A stretch of DNA of 63,600 nt, the filler included, from Octopus bimaculoides (taxonomy: Eukaryota): the NCBI RefSeq assembly GCF_001194135.2. It is 4 parts of 4 records of this genome, joined end to end, with 100 filler letters (N's around TTAATTAATTAA, not from the genome) between each part and the next. Parts side by side here need not be neighbours in the genome. Positions count along the whole stretch, not along the records: positions 1 to 27,218 come from NC_068985.1; positions 27,319 to 55,092 come from NC_068982.1; 2 more parts are not named here. One strand, 5' to 3'. The notes beneath the pieces are model-generated. The model was not told where the DNA came from, did no database searches, and saw only the letters and a list, made by a program, of their open reading frames with translations. Of the stretch, positions 26,033-37,399 are shown piece after piece (the first letter of the stretch is position 1; every line of letters begins with the position of its first letter). The translations under genes and the position numbers were made by a program.

Positions 26033-26427
26033 GTCTGTCTGTATCTATCTATCTATCTGTCTGTCTGTCTATCTATCTGNNNNNNNNNNNNNNNNNNNNN
26101 NNNNNNNNNNNNNNNNNNNNNNNNNNNNNNNNNNNNNNNNNNNNNNNNNNNNNNNNNNNNNNNNNNNNNNNNNNNNNNNNNNNNNNNNNNNNNNNNNNNN
26201 NNNNNNNNNNNNNNNNNNNNNNNNNNNNNNNNNNNNNNNNNNNNNNNNNNNNNNNNNNNNNNNNNNNNNNNNNNNNNNNNNNNNNNNNNNNNNNNNNNNN
26301 NNNNNNNNNNNNNNNNNNNNNNNNNNNNNNNNNNNNNNNNNNTATATATATATATATATATATATTTATGTCTATATATATTTACACACACACAAACACA
26401 CACGAAATATATATGTATTTGCGTGTA

Positions 26428-26838
26428 TGCGGGGGTGGCCGTGGGGTATAAAACGTGCTTCAAAACCACATGGATCCGGGTTCAATCCCACTGCGTGTCA
26501 CATAGAGCAAGTATCATCTGCAATAGCCTCGGGCTGACCAAAGCCTTGTGAGTGGATTTCGATGACGGAAACCGAAAGAAGACCGTAGTGTATATATGTA
26601 TATATGTTTGTGTGTCTTTGCGTCTGTGTTTGTCCCCGATGATCGCTTGACAAGTCGTGTTGTTGATTTTACAACCCCGTAACGTAGCGTTTCGGCAAAA
26701 GAGACCGATTATATAATAAGTAAAATTAAAGAATAAGCCCTGGAGTCGATTTGTTCGACTGCAACCTTTCAAGGCGGTGCTCCAGCATGGTTGCAGTCAA
26801 ATGATTGAAACAAGTAAACGAATAAAAGAATAAAAAGA
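26428..26838 (+). mobile_element. tRNA-derived SINE family B, full length
   Basis: Head with B box GGGTTCAATCCC, GAGCAAGTATCATCT, internal (TA/TG) tract, tail GTGCTCCAGCATGGTTGCAGTCAAATGATTGAAACAAGTAAA, then an (AATAAAAG)-like end. Confidence 0.85.
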
Positions 26839-27218
26839 TTATATGTATATACTTTTTATTTTATTTTTCTGTCGTAATATGTTTCAGTATAAAGACACAT
26901 ACTTTTTATGAAACATACGAATGTACACCTCAATAATCGTATTCCATAACGTTAAGAGTTACTGTATCTTGGTGTTTGTATTTATATTTAGTAGTTTTTT
27001 TTTTCTGTAGAAACACAATTTTGACAAACGTATTCTCTACGTTTAAAACCTGATAAGACTAAATTATTACCAATTGTGGTCACTGTAGCAATGTAGCATT
27101 TTGACAAGATTGACGAAGCAGGGCATAACGGTACTACTATGCAGTAGCTACCGATATATCGTGTGGGAAGTCCGTTAAATATCAGACAAATGTCCAGTTC
27201 ATATATATATATATATAT

Positions 27219-27318
27219 NNNNNNNNNNNNNNNNNNNNNNNNNNNNNNNNNNNNNNNNNNNNTTAATTAATTAANNNNNNNNNNNNNNNNNNNNNNNNNN
27301 NNNNNNNNNNNNNNNNNN
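27219..27318. other. Artificial 100-bp scaffold spacer (44 N + TTAATTAATTAA + 44 N); also at 55093-55192 and 62347-62446
   Basis: Identical 44+12+44 layout three times; the 12-mer gives stops in all six frames. Confidence 0.95.
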
Positions 27319-27384
<66 letters not shown>

Positions 27385-27788
27385 CCCTCGACTTATACCC
27401 CTTCACACACATTGTGCCACCACACACACGCATTACATACCACACGCTAACATAAAATCCCCATGGCCTTAAACAATACAGATAGAAAGCAGACCGATGA
27501 ATACAACTAACTATATATAGCTACATCTCTGGAAAAAATTATGCATATGACACCACTACACATATCACACATCCCCACAGGAGCATCACACTTAATAATG
27601 CACACTTTCCCCACAAACACTTCAAGATAACTCTTACTGACCTTACAGAGTATCCAACCAAGAGACATAACTCCTAACCTAATCCCCTGGCCCTTTTTTG
27701 TTTCATACCTTTTTCATGGCAGCCGCAGACTAGATGTGTTAATCCACCTCCAACAATAGAGAGCAGTCACTATATTCCCTTCTATATA

Positions 27789-27878
27789 GCTAACTCTGAT
27801 GAGCATAAGGTTATATAATCAGATTGTTACCTAACACTCTATTGTATTCCATGTGCGAAACCGATAGGTAAGATCAGC
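27789..27878 (+). ncRNA. Type I hammerhead ribozyme motif (Penelope/retrozyme-type terminal repeat)
   Basis: Core CTGATGA 27796-27802; stem II GCATAAGG (27803-27810) / CCATGTGC (27849-27856); GAAA 27857-27860; stem III ACC-[GATA]-GGT; cleavage triplet GTA (after 27870); imperfect stem I GCTAACT (27789-27795) / AGATCAGC (27871-27878). Confidence 0.7.
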
Positions 27879-27950
27879 CATGATGGATATATAATACTGT
27901 ACATTTCGGATAATTTTTATATCTATATATATATATATTAGTGGTCAACG

Positions 27951-27985
<35 letters not shown>

Positions 27986-27988
<3 letters not shown>

Positions 27989-28358
27989 TTTTATTCTTTT
28001 ACTTGTTTCAGTTATTTGACTGTGGCCATGCTGGAGCACCACCTTTAGTCGAACAAATCAACCCCAGGACTTATTTTTTGTAAGCCTAGCACTAAGTTGT
28101 AGAGATGTAAACATACCAGCATTGGTTTTTAAGCGATGTTGTGGGACAAACACAGACACGCAAACATATACACACACATACATACATAAATATACGATGG
28201 GCTTCTTTCAGTTTCCGTCTACCAAATTCACTCACAAGGCTTTGGTCAGCTCGAGGTTATAAAAGAAGACGCTTGCCCAAGGTGTCATGCAGTGGGACTG
28301 AACCTGGAACCATGTAGTTGGTAAGCAAGCTACTTACCACACAGCTACTCCTGCACCT
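27986..28358 (-). mobile_element. tRNA-derived SINE family B, full length
   Basis: Reverse complement of the family B head and tail; ends in TTCTTTTATTCTTTTACTTGTTTCAG on +. Confidence 0.85.
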
Positions 28359-28426
28359 ATATACTCTTGTGTCTATATATATATATATGTATGTGTGTGT
28401 ATGTGTGTATATATGTATATGTATGC

Positions 28427-28508
<82 letters not shown>

Positions 28509-29170
28509 GTATATATATGTACATATGTATGTACGTATGAATATATTCACTAATGAATTAAAAACAGCATTAGTGATGTAAGCATTATCAATCACACATA
28601 CTCAATGTATGTGTTTTGTTTGTTCACTGGATTCACTGTGGGGTAGCACTTGGGGACAATTCTCTTATAACCCTGTGTGTTAAAACACCTGAAAGTCATA
28701 GACAGGGGACACAACTCTGCCCAGGTTGAATTCAGGATTGCAAAATACTGATATTTTACCATTTTTGTGTCTTCTCAACATCACATACCTTAATCGAACA
28801 GGAGACAAATAGAACCACCAATGTATGACTATAAATAAAAAAATATTTGATGATGTGCCATGGTGATGCACATGTAAGATTAAGTTCAATAATGAACTTA
28901 AAACAGCGTGAGTAATGTAAGCACTATCGATTGTACATACACAATGTGTATTTTGTTAGTTTGTCAGATTTGCTGCGGGATAGCATAATGCCTTTTTAAC
29001 TATTTAACTCGATTTCTATCTGAAATTAACAACTTCAGGTCAGTTTGAGAAGGCAACAACTAAAAGGAGCAACTATTTACATTTCTTCTTGTCAACTTTA
29101 CAATTTGGATTTCATTAGTTTTGACCCAGCACATAAAAGCCTATAAGCAAATCAACATCTTGTGATTTAC

Positions 29171-29386
29171 AAGGTGGTGAGCTGGCAGAATCGTTAGCAT
29201 GCTGGGTGAAATGCTTAGTGTATTACGTCTGTCTTTACATTCGGAGTTCAAATTCTGCCAAATTTGCTTTTGCCTTTCACCCTCTCGGGGTCAATAAATT
29301 AAATACCAGTTGCGTACTGAGGTCAATCTAATCAACTGGCCCCCTCCCCAAAAATGTCAGGCCTTGTGCCTAGAGTAGAAAAGAAT
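29171..29386 (+). mobile_element. SINE family A with 14-bp target-site duplication
   Basis: TSD ATCTTGTGATTTAC at 29157-29170 and 29387-29400; A box TGGCAGAATCGTT, B box GAGTTCAAATTC; tail ...GGCCTTGTGCCTAGAGTAGAAAAGAAT. Confidence 0.9.
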
Positions 29387-29426
29387 ATCTTGTGATTTAC
29401 TTACTAATTTTTCTAGTATATTTTGT

Positions 29427-30125
29427 AGACATGGCTTTGTGGTAAGAAGTTTGATTCCCAACCACATGGTTTCAGGTTCAGTCCCACAGTGTGGCACTTT
29501 CAGCAAGCATCTTCTACTACAGTGCCAGGCCAACTGCAGCCTTGTGAATGGATTTGGTAGGCAGAAACTTAGAGAAGCCTTAGAGCGGCGAGCTGACAGA
29601 AACGTTAGCGTGCTGGGTGAAATGCTTAGCGGTATTTCGTCTGCCATTACATTCTGAGTTCAAATTCCGCCGTGGTCGACTTTGCCTTTCATCCTTTCGG
29701 CATCAATAAATTAAGTACCAGTTATGCACTGGGGTCGATGTAATCGACTTAATCCCTTTGTCTGTCCTTGTTTGTCCCCTCTATCTTTAGCCCCTTGTGG
29801 GCAATAAAGAAATAAGAAACTTAGAGAAGCCTGTCACATATAACATGTGTGTGTGTGTGTACCTGTGCATGTTCATGTGTGTATGTCATTGTCTCCTTGG
29901 TGTGTGACATCACATAATAGTTGTAAGTGAGTGTCACTGTAAGACAAGCAGTGTCTTTCATTTCCAATCTTCCAAAACACATCCAGTCACAAGAAAATGA
30001 TGCCCTACTTGGAAACAGGTGAGGGTTGGAAATGGGAAGAGCATCTGGCTGAGGAAAATCTGCTTCCATAAACTCCATTCAACTCCTGCAAGCATAGAAG
30101 AGTGGATGCTACAATGATGATGGCA
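29427..30125 (+). mobile_element. SINE with family-B head and RTE-type (GAT)n tail (family C here), interrupted by a family A SINE
   Basis: Head matches family B (GGTTCAGTCCCAC...GCAAGCATCTTCTACTA...GTGAATGGATTTGGTAG). It resumes after the insertion and ends GAGGGTTGG...GGAAGAGCATCTGGC...CAAGCATAGAAGAGTGGATGCTACAATGATGATG, homologous to the minus-strand tail at 43322-43560. Confidence 0.7.
29581..29814 (+). mobile_element. SINE family A (long-tail variant) nested in a SINE, 18-bp TSD
   Basis: TSD AGAAACTTAGAGAAGCCT at 29563-29580 and 29815-29832. Confidence 0.9.
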
Positions 30126-30660
30126 ATGATGACAATGATGATGATGATGATGGATAGTGGTGGTGGTGCATATGATGATGATGATGATGATAACAACGAC
30201 GACAAGGATGGTGATGATGACGATGATGATAATGATGATGATGATGGTGATTTTCCAAAGTTTCAGTGTATTGTTTGAAATTCTCTAATACTTTACATCT
30301 TTACCAAAGAATCATCTGCAAGCTTATTTACCAGACTCATATGAATCATCATGTCTCCAATCTACCAAATCTATGGCGTGATCTTTCCTTCTCGAATTTC
30401 CAATAATGAACCCACCTTCACTCAATCGCTGATAATAATATTTGCATTGGTTCTCAATTGATTTGTCTTAAACAAAAGAATTATTTGCAGTCTACAAGAG
30501 GGTGGGGGGCATTTTATGGAATTCAGAATTCTTCAATATGTATTTTCTTATCTCAGCAGAAAGGTCAGAGTTTCTAATTCATAATGTAACATCATTAGGG
30601 GAAACACTTTTTTTTCTTTTTAATTTTATTTCTTATATGGCAGCCTCTAATTTGAATCAG

Positions 30661-30860
30661 TTTATGATGGCGATGATGATGATGATGATGATGATGATGA
30701 CGATGATGACGATGACAACGACGACGATGATGACGACAACTACAATGGCGACGACGGTGGCGACGATGACAACAATGACAACAGTGATGATGATGATGAT
30801 GATTGTGATGATGATGATGATGATGATGATGATGACAATGCTGACAATGACAACAACGAG
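30661..30860. repeat. (GAT/GAC)n trinucleotide tract
   Basis: Seen directly; source of the poly-M/H/I pseudo-ORFs. Confidence 0.95.
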
Positions 30861-30904
30861 GTGGGAAGGAGGAGAAGGAGGAGGAAATATACTCTCTTGC
30901 ATGT

Positions 30905-32150
30905 AACACAATGACACAAGACATTTTACCACAGTTACGAAGTTTTAGATAGTAAGTTATAAACTTATAACCCAATGAAAGATTAATGAGGAATAATCAG
31001 AAATCAAGATGTAAGAATGTGGTTTTATTCCCATTCCCTTCATTGTTATCCAATTCTTTGATTCTAACACAAATGCTAAGACATCTCAGCCATCTCAACC
31101 ATGCTTCATCCATACCTTGATCACAGATATAGAGTTGTAATACTGTTCCCAGTGCAATCAAGATAGCACCTAAAATAACCACAATAGTTCAGAAAATCAA
31201 TCTGTTACTTTAGACAAGCAGAAACGAGAATGTCACAGATAAAAACAGGATAGTTGTATCTAAAACATTAAATTCACAACCATTAACAGTATTAGCGTAT
31301 GAAAACTAAACAATGATTTAACTTACATTAAAAATCTTTATAATATTTCTTAGAAACATTTGCTATCAATTTTGTTTTCTTTATTCTAAACCAGATGAAG
31401 TCAATACACAAGTCCTCAGTCAGTTTTAGCTCCATGATTATAACGGAAAACATCAATATCATCGGTGTTTTCAACAAATACCTGACAGTCTGAAATAGTT
31501 CAATTTCAGAAAAAAATGTTAACTGATAAGTTGATTTCATTCCTCAGTGAGCAAAGTATTTCAATGGAGTTCTTTTTACCTGTCTTGCCTATGAATTTAT
31601 TTGTCATATCTCTACTTCAGCTTTCTATAAAGTCTGTTTTCTTCACAGACAATTCCCAGTTGTAGTTTTTCTGCATTATATACTACACATATACCATATT
31701 AAATTGCAATTTTTCCGGTTTATTCATCAATGTCAGTGTATAGTAAAGACTCAGTCCACAGGATCTTCACAATAAATTTCACTCAATTCCCAGAATGGTT
31801 TCACCCAATAACTAAATGTCCAAGTGTTATTCTTAAACTTGTTTTAAAATAATAACCTTAATTCAACATTCAATGTTTATGAATTTATCTCATATAATCT
31901 TCTTTGCCCACTTGTTTGAGCAAAAGTTGTGGGAGCATGCCTTCTATTGGATCTTGTCTGAAGCAACCATCTCCAATTGAACTGGTTGGATTCCTAAGTG
32001 AGACCAACTGAGATCATGTATGTTATCCAATTATCTTGTTTATAGTCTGCTCCTTGGTCTCCTGTCCAGTAATTCTTTCCCAGAACATTCTTACTACATG
32101 TCTGTAGTATTGGAGCTATGATATCTCAATTCAGAGAAGTAGTGGCTTTA
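30905..32150 (-). pseudogene. Decayed XPG/FEN1-like nuclease domain plus Cys-rich tail, AcademX-like DNA transposon remnant
   Basis: Minus-strand pieces in the expected order across frameshifts: TLLTEE*NQLIS*H (EEADTR..LH-like), VFVENTDDIDVF (DTDV-like), LTEDLCIDF (LEELWI.F-like), KSLFSFHTL..NGCE...DTT (ALL.FHA.TGCDTT-like), and NCGK.SC..HCVTCKR near 30905-30935. Confidence 0.5.
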
Positions 32151-32329
32151 ATTGGAGCACCTCATTGCTCTCTGAGCTACACACTCTATGAAGTAACATT
32201 ACTCCTAAGACCCGTCAGAGAAACCCTATTTCCGACTTTTGTATTCATGACTGTATTCTTTCAATCATTGCCCAAGACCCATGACCATACATAAAGGTAG
32301 GCTTGAACACTGAATTGAAGATATATACT

Positions 32330-32540
32330 GGTTTCAAATTTTGGCACAAAGCCAGCAACTTCAGAGATGGGGTTAAATTGATTACATTAACCCCAGCGTT
32401 CAGCTGGTACTTACTTTATTGACTCTGAAAGGATGAAAGACAACATCAACCTCAGTAGAATTTGAACTCAGGATGTAAAGATGGGAAGAAAAACTGAGTA
32501 TGTTGCCCAGCATGTTAACAATCCAGTCAGCTCACCACCT
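32330..32540 (-). mobile_element. SINE family A, diverged
   Basis: Reverse complement of family A (GAATTTGAACTCAG ... CAGCTCACCACC). Confidence 0.75.
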
Positions 32541-32940
32541 TATCTTTTATTTGTTTCAGTTATTTGACTGCGGCCATGCTGGTGCACCAACTTTAGTCGA
32601 GCAAATCGACCTCAGGACTTATTCTTTGTAAGCCTAGTACTTATTCTATCGGTTTCTTTTGCCGAACCGCTAAGTTATGGGGATGTAAACACACCAGCAT
32701 CGGTTCTCAAGCGATGTTAGGGGGACAAACACAGGCACACAAACATATACACACACAGACATATATATATATATATACAATGGGCTTCTTTCAGTTTCCA
32801 TCTACCAGATCCACTCACAAGGCTTTGGTCGGCCTGAGGCTATAGTAGATGACACTTGCCCAAAGTACCATGCAGTGGGACTGAACCCAGAACTATGTGG
32901 TTGGTATGCAAGCTACTTACCACACAGCCACTCCTGCGCT
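32541..32940 (-). mobile_element. SINE family B, full length
   Basis: Reverse complement of family B from tail (TTGTTTCAGTTATTTGACTGCGGCCATGCTGG) to head (CACACAGCCACTCCTGCG). Confidence 0.85.
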
Positions 32941-33001
32941 ATATATTGAATATATAGAATATATATTGAATATATAAGAATATATATTGAAAATATATAT
33001 T

Positions 33002-33217
33002 CTTTTCTACTCTAGGTACAAAGCCCAAACTTTTGGGGGAAGGAACCAATCAATTAGATCGACCCCAGTATGCAACTGGTACTTAATTTATCGACCCCAA
33101 AAGGATGAAAAGCAAAGTCGACCTCGGCGGAATTTGAACTCAAGAACGTCACAGCAGACGAAATACCGCTAAGCATTTTGCCCAGTGTGCTAATGTTTCT
33201 ACCAGCTCGCCGCCTTT
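33002..33217 (-). mobile_element. SINE family A with 15-bp TSD
   Basis: TTGAAAATATATATT at 32987-33001 and 33218-33232 flanks a reverse-oriented family A copy. Confidence 0.85.
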
Positions 33218-33944
33218 TTGAAAATATATATTGAATATCATATTTATACATCCATACTTACAGCTAGCTGCCTTGGTTTCACATAGTAGGATAGGTTAAC
33301 TGTATTTATTGGGTGCTTTTAGTAGAGTTCACACTGTAGCAAGCTTTCAGATCTGGTCTCCAGTTTGAATATGCTTCTCCTCTTTCTGCCTTCATCTTTC
33401 CTTCTTTCTTCCCTCCTTCCCTCCTAGCCTAAGAAAACCTATAAAGATTGATGAGCACTGCCTCTTCTCCTGATTAAGTTTTTTCATTCATTTATTCTTT
33501 TACTTGTTTCAGTCATTGGACTGCTAACATGCTGAGGTACCATCTTCAAAGGTTTAGTCAATCATATCAAGCCTGATACTTATGTTTTCCTTCCATACAT
33601 AAGTCTAAAAGTCTCCTTTGTTGATAGAATATGTGCCAGTCATGAGAACATAAGCAAGCCAAATTTGGTTTTCAAACAGTTTGTGTGTGTGTGGTGGTGG
33701 GGAGGTCAAAGACAAAGACACACACCTACACAGAGATATGTATCTGTATGTAGTTAATCCAAAAAAACTAAGAAAAATCACAAGAAAAACAACAATGCGT
33801 GGTACATGCAAAGTAATGACAGACACTCTGGGAAGGAAAGAGAGGTGGTTTTACATTTTGAGCAAAGGCTCTTCTTCAGAAACCGAAGACAGAGGGAAGT
33901 CCAAGAGAAAAGGAAGACAGAGGAAAAAATCACTAACGATCTAC

Positions 33945-34188
33945 ATATGTATGTATGCGTGTATGTATGTGTGTATGTATGTATGTATGTATGTATGTAT
34001 GTATGTATGTATGTATGCATGTATGTATGTATGTATGTATGTATGTACGTACATATATATGTATGTATGTATGTATGTATGCGTGTATGTATGTATGTAT
34101 GTGCATGTGTATGTATGTAAGTACGTATGTACTTATGTGTGTGTATGTATGTATGTATGTATATAGGTGTGTACGTACATATGTATGT
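33945..34188. repeat. (TATG)n-type microsatellite
   Basis: Seen directly. Confidence 0.95.
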
Positions 34189-34778
34189 NNNNNNNNNNNN
34201 NNNNNNNNNNNNNNNNNNNNNNNNNNNNNNNNNNNNNNNNNNNNNNNNNNNNNNNNNNNNNNNNNNNNNNNNNNNNNNNNNNNNNNNNNNNNNNNNNNNN
34301 NNNNNNNNNNNNNNNNNNNNNNNNNNNNNNNNNNNNNNNNNNNNNNNNNNNNNNNNNNNNNNNNNNNNNNNNNNNNNNNNNNNNNNNNNNNNNNNNNNNN
34401 NNNNNNNNNNNNNNNNNNNNNNNNNNNNNNNNNNNNNNNNNNNNNNNNNNNNNNNNNNNNNNNNNNNNNNNNNNNNNNNNNNNNNNNNNNNNNNNNNNNN
34501 NNNNNNNNNNNNNNNNNNNNNNNNNNNNNNNNNNNNNNNNNNNNNNNNNNNNNNNNNNNNNNNNNNNNNNNNNNNNNNNNNNNNNNNNNNNNNNNNNNNN
34601 NNNNNNNNNNNNNNNNNNNNNNNNNNNNNNNNNNNNNNNNNNNNNNNNNNNNNNNNNNNNNNNNNNNNNNNNNNNNNNNNNNNNNNNNNNNNNNNNNNNN
34701 NNNNNNNNNNNNNNNNNNNNNNNNNNNNNNNNNNNNNNNNNNNNNNNNNNNNNNNNNNNNNNNNNNNNNNNNNNNNNG

Positions 34779-34892
34779 AGAGAGGAAGAGGGAGAGAGAG
34801 GAAGAGGGAGAGAGAGGAAGAGGGAGAGAGAGGAAGAGGGAGAGAGAGGAAGAGGGAGAGAGAGGAAGAGGGAGAGAGAGGAAGAGGGAGAG
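34779..34892. repeat. 16-bp homopurine minisatellite (AGGAAGAGGGAGAGAG)n
   Basis: Seen directly; the 16-aa periodicity in the ORF track equals three 16-bp units. Confidence 0.9.
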
Positions 34893-34904
34893 TGAGAGCT
34901 ACAC

Positions 34905-35290
34905 CAACACCTGGCTAAGTAGACTGGAGCAACATGAAGCAGCCTTATTCAATGATACATTACATTACCCAGTTTAGGAATTGAACACACAACCTTATGA
35001 TCACCAGCTGAACATCCTTAACCACTAAACCACACTCTATCACTTAGTAGTCATCCTCATCATTACCCTTGGGTATGACTGTCTCATGACCTAGAACTAG
35101 AGACAGCCGTCCCCTTGAATAGAATGCTGACCATTAAAGGGTTACTTGTTTACAGCTGAGTGGACTGGAGTAAAATGAAATGATGTGTTTTGCTCAAGAA
35201 CACAATGCATCACCCAGTCCAGGAATTGAAACCCTGATCTTGTAATCATGAGTGCAACATCCTAACCACTAGACCATAAGCCTTCACTAG
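34905..35290 (-). mobile_element. Two adjacent older tRNA-SINE copies (family D here, CORE-like body)
   Basis: Minus-strand GGTCTAGTGGTTAGGATG...GGTTTCAATTCCTGG (A/B boxes) followed by TTGTGTTCTTGAGCAAAACAC...CTCCAGTCCACTCAGCTG; a more decayed copy at 34905-35040. Confidence 0.6.
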
Positions 35291-36416
35291 CTAGTGGTAC
35301 ATGCTTAGTAAAGCAGAAAGACCAAGACCTTTGTTGTAATAATAGAAGAAATGGAGAGATAATAGTTTGTTGTTGATTAGTGAAGCCTTGCTTGTGACTG
35401 TGTTTTTACATTAAAGTGAAAGTTTAGAATTAAACAGCTTAAATTGTAACTCAGCAATGTATTTAAATACTGCAAATAAATGCAGTTTATACATTATCCT
35501 ATTTTGCGAGTGAATGCCGTTGATATTATGAATACTACAGAACCGAACCAGTTTATCCATAAAAAGATATTTAATGTTCATTGATGTCATAGAAAATTCC
35601 CATGATTATAGTTACTATGGAAATACATTAGATGTTAACCTTCACCAAATGATTTATCATCTGTAGTATTTCACCTATTATCAGAATGGCTTTTCAATAA
35701 GTCTCAGTTTTTTTACTGAAATGCATACAGCTTTACTGTAGTACACACATTGTTGCTATAACAATAACAGCCACATAAATTACAATAAAATCAGAACAAC
35801 TAATCGCCTCTACCCCCCCCCCCCCCACCTCCCATTAATTGTTTTACTGATTATTCTTGCATATATCACATGACTTGATACTAAGCTATTAAAAATCAGT
35901 CAGCAATCAATATACTGTTATTCTACCGTTACAATGTTATGATCTTGAAGCTCAAAACTTATCACTTCAGTATATGATTACATGTTAGAAAATAAGAATA
36001 AGGTTACCACTGATTAGATTAATTTTACAATTTCTGGTGATGCACTTGTGAAACCTCTTTTATTTAAATAGGTCAATTCTAGATTTTGATACAATTATCA
36101 GAAAGAGATATTTAAAATATATTTAAAAAAAAACATACAATTATATACAATACAAAAACGTTTGTTTTAATATTTCTTCATTTTTGAATATATACATGTG
36201 TGTGTGTGTGTGTGTATTTGTGTTTGTGCATGTGTGTGTGAGTGTACATATGTATATACATGTGTGTGTGTACATATGTGTATATATATATGCGTGTGTT
36301 AGTTTCTTTTGATTTGTCAAACATCTATTTTCTTATCTTTTTATCTTTTTGTTCTTTTGGCAAAGCTTTAAATTATGCAGCTCTACCCCACCATAGCGGT
36401 TTTTTCCTTTGATATA

Positions 36417-37302
36417 TATGATGTGAATAAACTGTCATCTAAATTACACAAAAATGAAAACAACACTGACATCTCATTTTAACAGATACACTTACCAAAA
36501 TTACTTAAAAGTATCTCAAAAACTATTGGGTAAATTTATTCAATAAAATCGCCATTGGTTTCTACCATGGCCTCTAGACGACTTTGGAATTTTCTGCAAC
36601 TCTTCTGGACAGTCTCCTTGTTTAAGTTGGTGAATGCTGCCATAATCCTTGCCTTCAGTTCATCTTTGGTGTTACAAGGAGTTTTGTTGGCCTCTCACTC
36701 AACTGTTCCCCCCCACATAATAATCAAGGGAGTTACAGCCTGGTGAGTTACGTGGCCAGATGTTAGAGGTGTTGTGGTCACAAAAATTGTCTGACAGCTA
36801 TGACTGGGATCTCCTGCTTGTGTGGTATGGTGCAGAGTCCTGTTGCCAGACATAGGGTCTTCCAGCAGTCACTCTCTTGACCCAGGGCAGAACTACCTCC
36901 TCCAGTCACTTGATGTAGGCCTCTGTGCTGAATCTGAGGCCATGTGGGAAGATGAATGGAGACATAATGTTGCTATCACTAGTGATCACTCTAAACACCA
37001 TGATGTTGACTGGATTTTTGATTTCTATCACTCTCGGCACATGTTTTGGGGACATAGCAAACACTCAGATTGATGCCCAAACACTCTGAAATGTCCACAC
37101 TGGAGCTTCCGGCATGAATGCCAAGCAGCACAGCATGTCATTTCCAAATTTCTGGCTGAGTGAAAGGCATCATGGTGTTCTTTTTCTCAAAGATGGTGCC
37201 CAACTGACCCTACTAGACTGTGTAGTTGACAAAATCAAAAACAAACAAGGCACATATGTGAAATTAAAAATATAAAATGATGACAATTTACCCATCACAC
37301 TA
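36417..37302 (-). mobile_element. Internally deleted DD37D (maT-type) Tc1/mariner transposon
   Basis: Minus-strand translation ...RPYVWQQDSAPYHTSRRSQS*LSDNFCDHNTSNIWPRNSPGCNSLDYYVGGTVE*EANKTPCNTKDELKARIMAAFTNLNKETVQKSCRKFQSRLEAMVETNGDFIE*; 37 residues between the second and third catalytic D. Degenerate TIR-like ends (..TAAA(C/T)TGTCATC). Confidence 0.8.
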
Positions 37303-37399
37303 TATATAAGTATATATATATGCATATTATTATTTTTTACATTTTTTTCTTTTCACATATACTCATCAACATCCTCACCATCATCATAATCATCACCAC

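Noticed and set aside
27263-27274. TTAATTAATTAA palindrome, also at 55137-55148 and 62391-62402
   Set aside because: Always centred in exactly 44+44 Ns; an assembly spacer, not biology.
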